A stretch of 64,000 nucleotides of DNA from Candidatus Binatia bacterium (GTDB taxonomy: Bacteria; Desulfobacterota; Binatia; HRBIN30): contig CALAMI010000015.1 of assembly GCA_937925685.1 (NCBI GenBank), forward strand, positions 232,911 to 296,910, written 5' to 3'. Of the stretch, positions 53,992 to 62,306 are shown one piece after another (the stretch's first letter is position 1; every line of letters begins with the position of its first letter). Under the pieces are notes generated by a model. It was not told the origin of the DNA and searched no databases. It worked only from the letters and a program-made list of their open reading frames with translations. The position numbers and the translations under genes were made by a program.

Positions 53992-54554
53992 GGTTCGGTT
54001 CCTCCTGCTCCAGGCAATTCCTCGCTGACCCACAAAACGGTGGTGTGATGCTGCCAGTCGTCCATCACTGCAACCGAGTTCACGTCGGCTTCTAAAAAGT
54101 CGATCAACGCCGGTGGCTCCAGGCCAGCGAGAACCGTGGTAGGGCTGGTCGGACCAGTGCGCGGTTGAACCCGCAACAACAACAGCGTCGTGAGGGTGAC
54201 CAAAACCACCAATGCCAGCGCCGGCCAAAGCACCTGCGGCTGCCATCTCCACTCGGTCGCAGCGCCATACCAACGCTGCCACCAAGGCACGCGCACCTCT
54301 CGCTCGGGCAAGCGGGCGAGAATTCGTGACCACAAATCTGGAGCTGTGATGCCAGCCAGTTGCCGTTCCACGTGCTCTCGCAACATTGCCTGCAACCGCT
54401 CGAGGCGTTGCAGCTCCCGATCGCACCGCGGACATCTGGCTCCGTGCGCAGCCACTGCCTGTACCAGGTGTGCTTCCAGCTCACCATCGGCGAACAACGG
54501 CAGCATCGCTTGGGCATCGGGACAGCTTAGACTTTCTTGTTTCTCTAGCGGCAC
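53988..54554 (-). CDS. anti-sigma factor (zf-HC2 type, single TM)
   Basis: HGARCPRC gives the H-x3-C-x2-C motif. The TM is VLWPALALVVLVTLTTLLLL. It lies directly downstream of the ECF sigma gene. Confidence 0.7.
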   Translation of the reverse strand: MPLEKQESLSCPDAQAMLPLFADGELEAHLVQAVAAHGARCPRCDRELQRLERLQAMLREHVERQLAGITAPDLWSRILARLPEREVRVPWWQRWYGAATEWRWQPQVLWPALALVVLVTLTTLLLLRVQPRTGPTSPTTVLAGLEPPALIDFLEADVNSVAVMDDWQHHTTVLWVSEELPGAGGTEP

Positions 54555-54578
54555 GAAGCAGCTCCTCGCGCGTGTAGT

Positions 54579-55160
54579 TTACAGGAGATCCTTCAGTCTG
54601 CTTTGAAGTTTTTTTCGCGCATAATGCAACCGGCTCATCACCGTCCCTTTGGAGCACTGCATCACGCGGCTGATCTCCTCGTACGATAGACCTTCGATTT
54701 CCCGCAGGAGTATGACGGCGCGATGGTACGGCGTCAACTCGGCAATGGCTTCCGCAACTCGACTACCGATTTCACGGGACTCGGCCTGACGCACAGGATC
54801 GGTCATCCCCTCCTCGTCGCCCAGGAATTCCTCATAAGGCTCTTCAGACTCCGGGACACCGAACTCTTCCTGCAAACCCACCGTCGGGTTGCGCCGCTGA
54901 TAACGGCGAAGGTCGATAGCACGATTGACCGTGATCCGGAATAACCACGTGTAAAAGCTCGATTCGCCCTTAAAACCCTCGAGGTTTTCGTACGCCTTCA
55001 CAAAGGTGTCCTGCACAATTTCCATCGCGTCTTCCGGGTTGTTCACCATTCCCAGGGCGATCGACATGACTTTTCTTTGGTAACGCTCGAACAATTCCCG
55101 AAAAGCTTCCTTGTTTCCCTTGCGGGCCAGCTCCACGAGCTCAACGTCAGTTCGTTCCAC
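54579..55160 (-). CDS. ECF-type RNA polymerase sigma-70 factor (RpoE-like)
   Basis: Region 2: FRELFERYQRKVMSIALGMVNNPEDAMEIVQDTFVKAY...FYTWLFRITVNRAID. Region 4: LREIEGLSYEEISRVMQCSKGTVMSRLHYARKKL. Confidence 0.9.
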   Translation of the reverse strand: MERTDVELVELARKGNKEAFRELFERYQRKVMSIALGMVNNPEDAMEIVQDTFVKAYENLEGFKGESSFYTWLFRITVNRAIDLRRYQRRNPTVGLQEEFGVPESEEPYEEFLGDEEGMTDPVRQAESREIGSRVAEAIAELTPYHRAVILLREIEGLSYEEISRVMQCSKGTVMSRLHYARKKLQSRLKDLL

Positions 55161-55208
55161 AGTAACACTCGAGGAAAGACGTTCGCCTACGGCCTTCTAT
55201 TCACCTGC

Positions 55209-57836
55209 TCAAGGATGAGCCTCAGCCCAATTGCGTCCGATACCGATATCCACCACCAGCGGCACCCGCAGGTGCACAACCCCTTCCATGACCTCGCGCG
55301 CAAGGGTGCGCATCTCTTCGGCTTGCGGCTCGGCGACTTCAAACACGAGTTCGTCGTGAACTTGCAGGACCATTCGCGCATCCAGCCTTCGTTCCCTGAT
55401 CGCGCGATCTAGAGCGACCATGGCCAGCTTGATGACGTCGGCCGCCGACCCTTGAACGGGCGTGTTCAACGCAATTCGCTCTGCAGCTTGTGCAACAACC
55501 CGGTCCGGACTTCCCAATTCAGGCACCGAGCGCCGCCGGCCCATCAACGTCACTACGTACCCCCGCTCTCGAGCTTGCCGGACAACCGTGTCCAAGTACG
55601 CCCGCACCCCGGCGTAGCGGGCAAAGTACTGGCTTATGTAGCGCTGCGCGTCCCCAACGGAAATTCCCAACTCCTTCGCCAACGAAGCAGCCCCCATGCC
55701 ATAAAGAACTCCAAAGTTGATCATCTTGGCTACGCGGCGCTGGTCGCGGGTGACCGCAGAGGGCGGCACACCGAAAACCTCGGCGGCAGTCCGCGTATGA
55801 ATATCTTCTCGGTTTTCGAACGCGGAGCACAGTACGGCATCGCCAGAGAAGTGAGCCAACAAACGCAATTCAATTTGCGAGTAGTCGGCTACCACCAGAC
55901 AATAGCCGCTCGGAGCCGTAAAGCAGCGGCGAAGCAACACGCCTTCATCGCCCCGTACCGGGATGTTTTGGAGATTCGGATCGGTGGAGCTCAGTCGACC
56001 CGTAGCGGTGACACACTGATTGAAGGTGGTGTGCAGCCGCCCCGTGTGGGCGTCGACGGAGGCGAGCAAACCCTCCACGTACGTCGAGCGCAATTTCGCC
56101 ACCGTGCGGTATTCCAAGATCTTACCCGGCAAGGGGTGAACTGCCGCTAGCTTGGAAAGTACATTGACGTCGGTCGACAGGCCAGTCCTGCCTCGGCGAA
56201 TCCCTCGCGTCGGCAACTGCAGTCTTCCGAACAGTACCTCGCGTAATTGCTGCGGGGACGCAATATTGAACGCCGTGCCGGCAAGCCCGTAAATTTCCTC
56301 AGTGAGGCGCAGCAAGCGGCGCTCTAACTCCCGACCCACCTCCCGCAACGCGGCAGTGTCCAAGTACACGCCTTTCGCCTCCATCCGGGCCAACACTCCC
56401 ACGAGCGGAGCTTCGACCTCATGAAACAGCCGGTCCATCTCTCGCTCGGCCAAAAGCGCCCGCAAGATAGGCACCAACTCTGGTAACACCCGTAATCCCG
56501 AAACCGTCCCTACAACGTCCCCGCGGAAGCGGATGATCTGGCAACCGAGATAGAAACTGGTCACCTCTTCCAAAGACGTAGGGAGGGGTGCCTCCAAGAG
56601 ATACGCTGCCACCATGGTGTCAAAGATCCCAGAGGTGTCCCAATCCTCGGCACCCGCTTTCCTCAAGTCACACTTAAAATCGTGGGCTAGCATCGCGGTG
56701 GGCCGGTGCGCTTGCACTCGTCGGAGAAGCTCATGGGGAGGAAGAAGCTGAGCCGGGACGAGCAGCGCCTGATCAGACCGGCCGGCCAACACCGTTCCCA
56801 GGTCGAGCCCTTCGCCGATGACGGCCACCGCCACCTCGCCATTGGCCGCAAGCCCCTGCAAGAACACCTCGATATCTGTCGGTTGTTTCGCAACCTCATA
56901 CCCTGAGGGCTCAGACTTTCTCTCCTCGGGCAATTCACGCAACAACGAGTAGAAACCCAGTTTCACAAACAATCGTCGCAGGTGGACGGAGTCCATGGGC
57001 CTGACCCGTAAGCTTTCCGAGCCAAGGTCGAGCGGAACATCGCAGCGCACCGAAGCCAACTGCCGCCCGAGCCGCGCAGCCGCAGCCTGTTCATGCAGAG
57101 CGTCCGCAACACGACGCGCGGCTCGGAGTTCCCGCCACGCCCGAATCTCCTCGACGTGCGCTAGCACCTGCTCCAAGGATCCATAGCGGGCAAGCAAAGC
57201 CTGCGCCGTTTTTTCCCCTACTCCTCTGACCCCGGGAATATTATCCACGCTATCGCCCACGAGCGCGATGAAATCTGCGATTTGCTGCGGTGGAACCCCG
57301 AACTTTTTTTGCACTTCGCTGGCGTCGTACCAGCGGTCGTACAGCGTGTCCCAAACACGAACCCGGCCATCCACCAGTTGCAACAAATCTTTGTCGCCGC
57401 CCACGATGACCACTGGACGCTCAAGCTCTGTCCACCGCTTTGTTATCGTGGCAATGACATCATCGGCTTCGACGCCAGGTATTTGCAGCACCGTAAGGCC
57501 ACAGGCTGCGGCAATTTCCCGCACGAACGGCAGTTGGGTAACCAACTCCTCCGGTGTTGTCGGTCGCGTCGCCTTGTATTCGGCGAACAGTTCGGCGCGA
57601 AACGTTTTGCCCGGGGCGTCGAAAACAGCCGCTGCGTAAGTTGGCTTCGCTTCGCGCAACAAACGCAAAAGCATTTTGGTAAAACCGAAGACGGCGTGCA
57701 CCGGTTGGCCTTGAGGACTCGTGAGCCGCGGCAGTGCGAAGAACGCTCGGTAGACATAGGAGTTGGCATCAATAAGATAGAGGGTGTCTGCCGCGCCCAG
57801 CATTTGCCTGGCGCAGGCTAACAAACTGTCCTGCAA
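55209..57836 (-). CDS. polA: DNA polymerase I
   Basis: The 875-aa protein has a 5'-nuclease N-terminus (LYLIDANSYVYRAFFA), motif A (VVADYSQIELRLLAH), and motifs B/C (RRVAKMINFGVLYGM, LQVHDELVFE). Confidence 0.95.
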   Translation of the reverse strand: MQDSLLACARQMLGAADTLYLIDANSYVYRAFFALPRLTSPQGQPVHAVFGFTKMLLRLLREAKPTYAAAVFDAPGKTFRAELFAEYKATRPTTPEELVTQLPFVREIAAACGLTVLQIPGVEADDVIATITKRWTELERPVVIVGGDKDLLQLVDGRVRVWDTLYDRWYDASEVQKKFGVPPQQIADFIALVGDSVDNIPGVRGVGEKTAQALLARYGSLEQVLAHVEEIRAWRELRAARRVADALHEQAAAARLGRQLASVRCDVPLDLGSESLRVRPMDSVHLRRLFVKLGFYSLLRELPEERKSEPSGYEVAKQPTDIEVFLQGLAANGEVAVAVIGEGLDLGTVLAGRSDQALLVPAQLLPPHELLRRVQAHRPTAMLAHDFKCDLRKAGAEDWDTSGIFDTMVAAYLLEAPLPTSLEEVTSFYLGCQIIRFRGDVVGTVSGLRVLPELVPILRALLAEREMDRLFHEVEAPLVGVLARMEAKGVYLDTAALREVGRELERRLLRLTEEIYGLAGTAFNIASPQQLREVLFGRLQLPTRGIRRGRTGLSTDVNVLSKLAAVHPLPGKILEYRTVAKLRSTYVEGLLASVDAHTGRLHTTFNQCVTATGRLSSTDPNLQNIPVRGDEGVLLRRCFTAPSGYCLVVADYSQIELRLLAHFSGDAVLCSAFENREDIHTRTAAEVFGVPPSAVTRDQRRVAKMINFGVLYGMGAASLAKELGISVGDAQRYISQYFARYAGVRAYLDTVVRQARERGYVVTLMGRRRSVPELGSPDRVVAQAAERIALNTPVQGSAADVIKLAMVALDRAIRERRLDARMVLQVHDELVFEVAEPQAEEMRTLAREVMEGVVHLRVPLVVDIGIGRNWAEAHP

Positions 57837-57887
57837 AGCCGCAACGCGTGTACGCAGGAGCGTAGAGCTTTTCTTTCAAAACTTGGG

Positions 57888-58682
57888 TTGCTTCGGCTCA
57901 TTCCCTCGCCTCATCCTAGAGTACCCATGCGTTGGCTCGACTTCGCCCTCCCGGTGCTCGGACGCTTCAGCCACGGATGGCAGCTTGCTCGCCAACAAGG
58001 AAAAATGGCAGCGGAGCTCATCGAGCACGTGCTCGAAAATCGCGCGGTCGGGCGCGGCACGGTGGGGGTGTGGGTCGACCGCCAGTTCTTGCAACAGCGG
58101 CACTGGCAAGGGCTTCGCTCCTTGCATCTGGCCACAGAGGATATCCTAGGCTCGTTGGTTCACAAGCGATCGGAGTATGGCCTGGAGACATTCGTCCTCG
58201 ACCTTGGTTGCGGCAGCGCCCGCTACGCTTGGAGGCTGCTACGCTCCACAACAGGGCTATCTATCCTTTGCTTGCGGCGAAGCCCTCATGAGGTTGCGCA
58301 CGGACGCGAGACCGTGGCCGACCGTTTCGGGGAGCGACTGAGCTTCTCGATCGGAGATCGATGCGATCCAGCAAGCTACTTGATGCCACGCGAAGCCGAC
58401 GTGGTCTTGTGCCTGGCGCCAAGTTCGTGGTTTACCGAGCTCCGTGAGTGGGACATCTTTTCGTCGCTAGTCTTCCGCTCGCTGAGCCTCGGTGGACTCT
58501 TTCTCTTCGGCACATTCACGCTAGGACCCGCTTTCGGTAAGCGTCCCGCCTCGCCTCTTAGCCTGCCCCTCCTGACGCCAACTCTCGAGCGGGTCGGTTT
58601 CCAACAGATCACCGTTCGCACCGCCACCTCATGGAGCTTCCTGCTCGAGGTGTGGAAGAGTGTTCGCTGGTCGGCCTCGTAA
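57888..58682 (+). CDS. SAM-dependent methyltransferase-like protein
   Basis: FVLDLGCGSARYAWRLL is motif I. The start is uncertain (57888 or ATG 57927). Confidence 0.6.
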   Translation: MLRLIPSPHPRVPMRWLDFALPVLGRFSHGWQLARQQGKMAAELIEHVLENRAVGRGTVGVWVDRQFLQQRHWQGLRSLHLATEDILGSLVHKRSEYGLETFVLDLGCGSARYAWRLLRSTTGLSILCLRRSPHEVAHGRETVADRFGERLSFSIGDRCDPASYLMPREADVVLCLAPSSWFTELREWDIFSSLVFRSLSLGGLFLFGTFTLGPAFGKRPASPLSLPLLTPTLERVGFQQITVRTATSWSFLLEVWKSVRWSAS

Positions 58683-59723
58683 CGGATCGAGTACCGAGCT
58701 TATGCTCATTGCACATCCGAGGATAAGCGTGAAGTCTGCGGCTTGCGCCACACCACTGACATTGTCGATGCCGCCAATCCAAGCCATCATCCTCCCCCGG
58801 CGGTAACCCAAACCGGCCGCAAGTTCTACAACCGTTCCCTCGAGTACCGCCGAGTGTAGATCTCGAAACGGGCTTGTGTACAAGTGTTGTTGCAGAAACA
58901 CAGACCATCGTCGGCCGGCAAGCCATTCAAATGCGACCCCTTCAACCACGAATGGTTCCACGGGAAGGCGGGCGGCCGTCACCCGCCCCAGGGGAAAGAC
59001 ACCACCGATGTTGGCAAACAACCAAAGCTGATTTGTCCAAAGAGGTGCATCCAAAGCCAGACCTCCACCGAGATCCCAAGTCCCACTTCCCCAGACGGCA
59101 CTGGGCCGCCCCAATGGCACTTCGATGGCCAAACGAGTAGCCAAGCGCGTGCCGTTCTTGCCGGCCCACACCACCTTCTGGCCTTCGAACGCTACATCTC
59201 CGAGTTCAAGGTATTGTCGCGGTCCGTGAAAGAGTGTCTGGCGGTCGCGTCTCACCCAGAACCCGCCGAACGAGTTATTCGGGAACAACCGACGTTCCGG
59301 ATTGAAAGCCGAGAACAACTTTTCCGTACTGTCAATTACCGGATCGAGAAAGCCGCCAAATCGCGAAAGAAATGGCATTTCGATCCCGAGTTGGAACCCA
59401 CGCGGCGCGCCGACACTCGCGCGCACACTAGTACGATTTTGCTCGAATTTCAGCACGGCATCCACAGCTCCCCGGTCGGTTGCGATGATATTGCTTTCCG
59501 CGGTTTCCAGGCTTAGACGAACTTCTCCCAAGCCCAGCGTTCGCGCTGCGGCAAACGGCAAGTGCAAGAACGTCTGTCGCAGCGGCTGAAAGTTGCGCGC
59601 CGGCAGCGGACCCATCGGCTCGAGAGCCATCACACAAAGCGGGCTGGTCAACCATGCAAGCGCTACCGCCCGAGACCACTTTTGGATACAAGCGCGGCAG
59701 TCGTCCCCAACCATGTGGACCAT
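58629..59723 (-). CDS. predicted outer-membrane beta-barrel protein (DUF3187-like)
   Basis: Start reset to an internal Met (59723 or 59714), giving the signal peptide ...AVALAWLTSPLCVMA. The body has alternating beta-strand-like pattern and glycine/aromatic-rich ends. The family assignment is from memory only. Confidence 0.45.
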   Translation of the reverse strand: MVHMVGDDCRACIQKWSRAVALAWLTSPLCVMALEPMGPLPARNFQPLRQTFLHLPFAAARTLGLGEVRLSLETAESNIIATDRGAVDAVLKFEQNRTSVRASVGAPRGFQLGIEMPFLSRFGGFLDPVIDSTEKLFSAFNPERRLFPNNSFGGFWVRRDRQTLFHGPRQYLELGDVAFEGQKVVWAGKNGTRLATRLAIEVPLGRPSAVWGSGTWDLGGGLALDAPLWTNQLWLFANIGGVFPLGRVTAARLPVEPFVVEGVAFEWLAGRRWSVFLQQHLYTSPFRDLHSAVLEGTVVELAAGLGYRRGRMMAWIGGIDNVSGVAQAADFTLILGCAMSISSVLDPLRGRPANTLPHLEQEAP

Positions 59724-61041
59724 TTTGGAAAACACGTTCAAGCGTTGCGCTCCCCACCGAACGGTGGGGTCCTGGTCTCGCTGGTTAACCGCCTTTGGGC
59801 TCCGCCACAGTGGCGTTCTCTCCCTCCTTGGCCACACTTTTGTCTTCACCTTCGCGTCTCTGTCTTCAGCCGCAGGCATCGATCTCTCCTCTGCCATGGC
59901 TCGGGCGCGCGAGCGATCCCCGGCTGTTCAGGCGGCCGAGCAGGAAGTCGCTGCGGCCCGCGCAAATTGGTACCAAGCCGGACGACCACCGAATCCGCTT
60001 GCCGAACTACGCGCCGAAAATTGGCGCATCACACCCGACTTGCGCGCTCGAGATCCAGAGCTCGATTTCTTTGCCACCCTGAGCCAGCTCCTCGAAATCG
60101 GCGGCAAGCGAGCGGCTCGCCGGGCTGTTGCCCTGGCCGCAATCGATCTGGCGCAGGCTGAAGCGCTGGCTGTTGCACAACAGCTTGCGCTGGAAACAGC
60201 TAAACAGTTTTTGGCGGTCGTCCAAGCCCGCGAGGAGCTTCGCGCCATCGCCGAGTCCGAGAACAGCGTACGGTCGCTGCGCAACGTTGCACAACGACGA
60301 GTCGCCGAGGGACGAGTCGCTGAGGCCGAGCAGCTGAAGCTGGAGACCGAACTCGGTCGACTTCGTGCGCTGTCCGCGGAAGTTCTTGCAAATCAGTCGG
60401 GTGCCCTCCAACAGCTTCGCCAACTTCTCGATGAACCTAGCCTCGAGCCGGAGGCGCTCGAACAGCCACAGTGCACACCAGCCCCTATGGGGAACGATCT
60501 CGAGCTCGTGGAACGGGTGCTTCGCAAACACCCGGAGTACCAGGCCAGGCGGGCAGAAAAGGACCAAGCTCAACATTCGTTCGACCTCGAGCACCGGCGG
60601 CGCATTCCCGACCCCGCATTGACAACCGGTTACAAGCGCACGGCTGATCGAGACACCTTCGTTGCCGGCGTGATGATTCCGCTTCCCCTATTCGATACCA
60701 ATTGGGGGAACGTGCAGCGGGCGGCGGCGCAACTCAGGGCTGCGTATGTCCGGGAAGATGCCACCGTGCTGCGTTTGAAGGGCGAACTCTTAGGGCTTCT
60801 GCAGCGCTGGCGTGCCTTGGCCGCGCAAGCGCTCGCGGCACCGCGCGACCTTGTCGCTCCGGCTGCTAGTGTGCGCCAAGCTGCACGCGTGGCTTTTGAA
60901 GAAGGATCGGGAGATATTCTTGCACTGGTGGATGCCGAACGAGTTTACCTGGAAGTACAACGCACAGCTCTTGCCGCGTGGGCGCAGGCGGTTCTGGCGG
61001 CGCAAACGTGGGAGGTGTTGAGTCAGGAGGGTGATGAATGA
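59713..61041 (+). CDS. TolC/CzcC-family outer membrane efflux protein
   Basis: The two coiled repeat halves (LSSAMARARERSPAVQAAEQEVAAARAN...; ...LLDEPSLEPE...HPEYQARRAEKDQAQ) are typical of OEP family proteins. The start is uncertain (ATG 59713 or GTG 59764). Confidence 0.8.
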   Translation: MWTILENTFKRCAPHRTVGSWSRWLTAFGLRHSGVLSLLGHTFVFTFASLSSAAGIDLSSAMARARERSPAVQAAEQEVAAARANWYQAGRPPNPLAELRAENWRITPDLRARDPELDFFATLSQLLEIGGKRAARRAVALAAIDLAQAEALAVAQQLALETAKQFLAVVQAREELRAIAESENSVRSLRNVAQRRVAEGRVAEAEQLKLETELGRLRALSAEVLANQSGALQQLRQLLDEPSLEPEALEQPQCTPAPMGNDLELVERVLRKHPEYQARRAEKDQAQHSFDLEHRRRIPDPALTTGYKRTADRDTFVAGVMIPLPLFDTNWGNVQRAAAQLRAAYVREDATVLRLKGELLGLLQRWRALAAQALAAPRDLVAPAASVRQAARVAFEEGSGDILALVDAERVYLEVQRTALAAWAQAVLAAQTWEVLSQEGDE

Positions 61042-62297
61042 CTCGCAGCCTCCTTGGTGCGCCACCCTGCCGTGAAGGTCACTGCACGCACGAGCCAACA
61101 CCTTGGCGCACGCTCCGTGCCATGGTCGTCGGCGCGAACGTTGCTGTCTTACTCATCGTTTCGGGTTGCGAGTCTAAAGCCCCGAATTCTCCCGCGGAGG
61201 CCGTCGCCGTCGCTGGAGACTTGGTGGAAGTTCCCCCATCGGTGCAACAAAGGTTAGGAATCGAGATTGTGGTTGCCCGAGAAATGGAGGTCGAGGAACC
61301 AGTCATCGCACCAGCCATCGTCGCCTTTGATGAACGGAGAGTGGCCCGCCTGGGTTCGCCCGTCGAGGGGAGAGTGCGGCAGGTCCTGGTGGAAGTCGGC
61401 GACCGCGTCTATGGAGGTCAAACTCTGGCCTGGCTGTACAGTACAAGTTGGGAAAGCCTAACGGCGCGGTTACGTACAGCCTCGGCCGAGGAACGTTCTG
61501 CTGCCGCGGAATTCGCCTTCGCCGCCCAACAAAAGGCCCGAGCACGCCGGCTTTTCGCGGCCAAAGCAGCCGCACGATTAGACGTAGAACGTGCCCAGTT
61601 GGAGTTTGTGGTCGCGCGAAACAAGCTGCGTGTCGCTCGAGCGGAGCTTGCCCGCTGCAAACGCGAACTCCTTGCCCTCGGTGGCGATTCGGCCACGGGC
61701 ATTCACCCCGAGGGCCTGCCCATTCGCTCGCCGTTCTTTGGTACCGTCGTCGAGCGTAGTGCAAGCCCCGGCCAAGGGGTTGTGCCTGGCAGCCCGCTAT
61801 TTGTCCTCGCCCAGCTCGATCGCCTGTGGCTCCTTGCCGAGGTCGACGAGCGCTGGTTGAGTCGCCTTCGGCCGGGGCTTAACGTCCGCTTTCGAGTTTC
61901 TGCTTATCCTGACGAAACTTTCGTGGCCACGATCGAACAAGTGGGCGACGTGCTCGACCCCAAGACGCGTCGCGTCAAGGTTCGGTGCACCACGGAGAAC
62001 ACCGCCGGCAAGCTCAAAGCAGAAATGTTCGCGCAACTCGAAATTCCCGATCCCGTCCAACGTCCCGTCCTGACGATTCCCGAGTCGGCCCTGCAGCAGC
62101 TCGACGGGCAGCCAGTTGTCTTTATCCTGGTGGGCGAAAACCGATTTCGACCCCAGAATGTCGAAGTTGGCCGCACGGGAGAAGGCTGGGTGGAAGTCAA
62201 AAGGGGTCTGCGCCATGGCGAGCAAATCGTCGGGCGAGGCAGCTTTTTATTGAAATCGACGCTCATCCTGCGAGCACAACCGGCTCACGAGGATTGA
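61038..62297 (+). CDS. RND efflux periplasmic adaptor (MFP, CzcB/HlyD-like)
   Basis: ATGA overlap with the upstream stop. The layout is lipoyl/barrel-sandwich and coiled-coil (GRVRQVLVEVGDRV...; ...FVATIEQVGDVLDPKTRRVKVRC). Confidence 0.85.
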   Translation: MTRSLLGAPPCREGHCTHEPTPWRTLRAMVVGANVAVLLIVSGCESKAPNSPAEAVAVAGDLVEVPPSVQQRLGIEIVVAREMEVEEPVIAPAIVAFDERRVARLGSPVEGRVRQVLVEVGDRVYGGQTLAWLYSTSWESLTARLRTASAEERSAAAEFAFAAQQKARARRLFAAKAAARLDVERAQLEFVVARNKLRVARAELARCKRELLALGGDSATGIHPEGLPIRSPFFGTVVERSASPGQGVVPGSPLFVLAQLDRLWLLAEVDERWLSRLRPGLNVRFRVSAYPDETFVATIEQVGDVLDPKTRRVKVRCTTENTAGKLKAEMFAQLEIPDPVQRPVLTIPESALQQLDGQPVVFILVGENRFRPQNVEVGRTGEGWVEVKRGLRHGEQIVGRGSFLLKSTLILRAQPAHED

Positions 62298-62306
62298 TCC
62301 AAAGCC

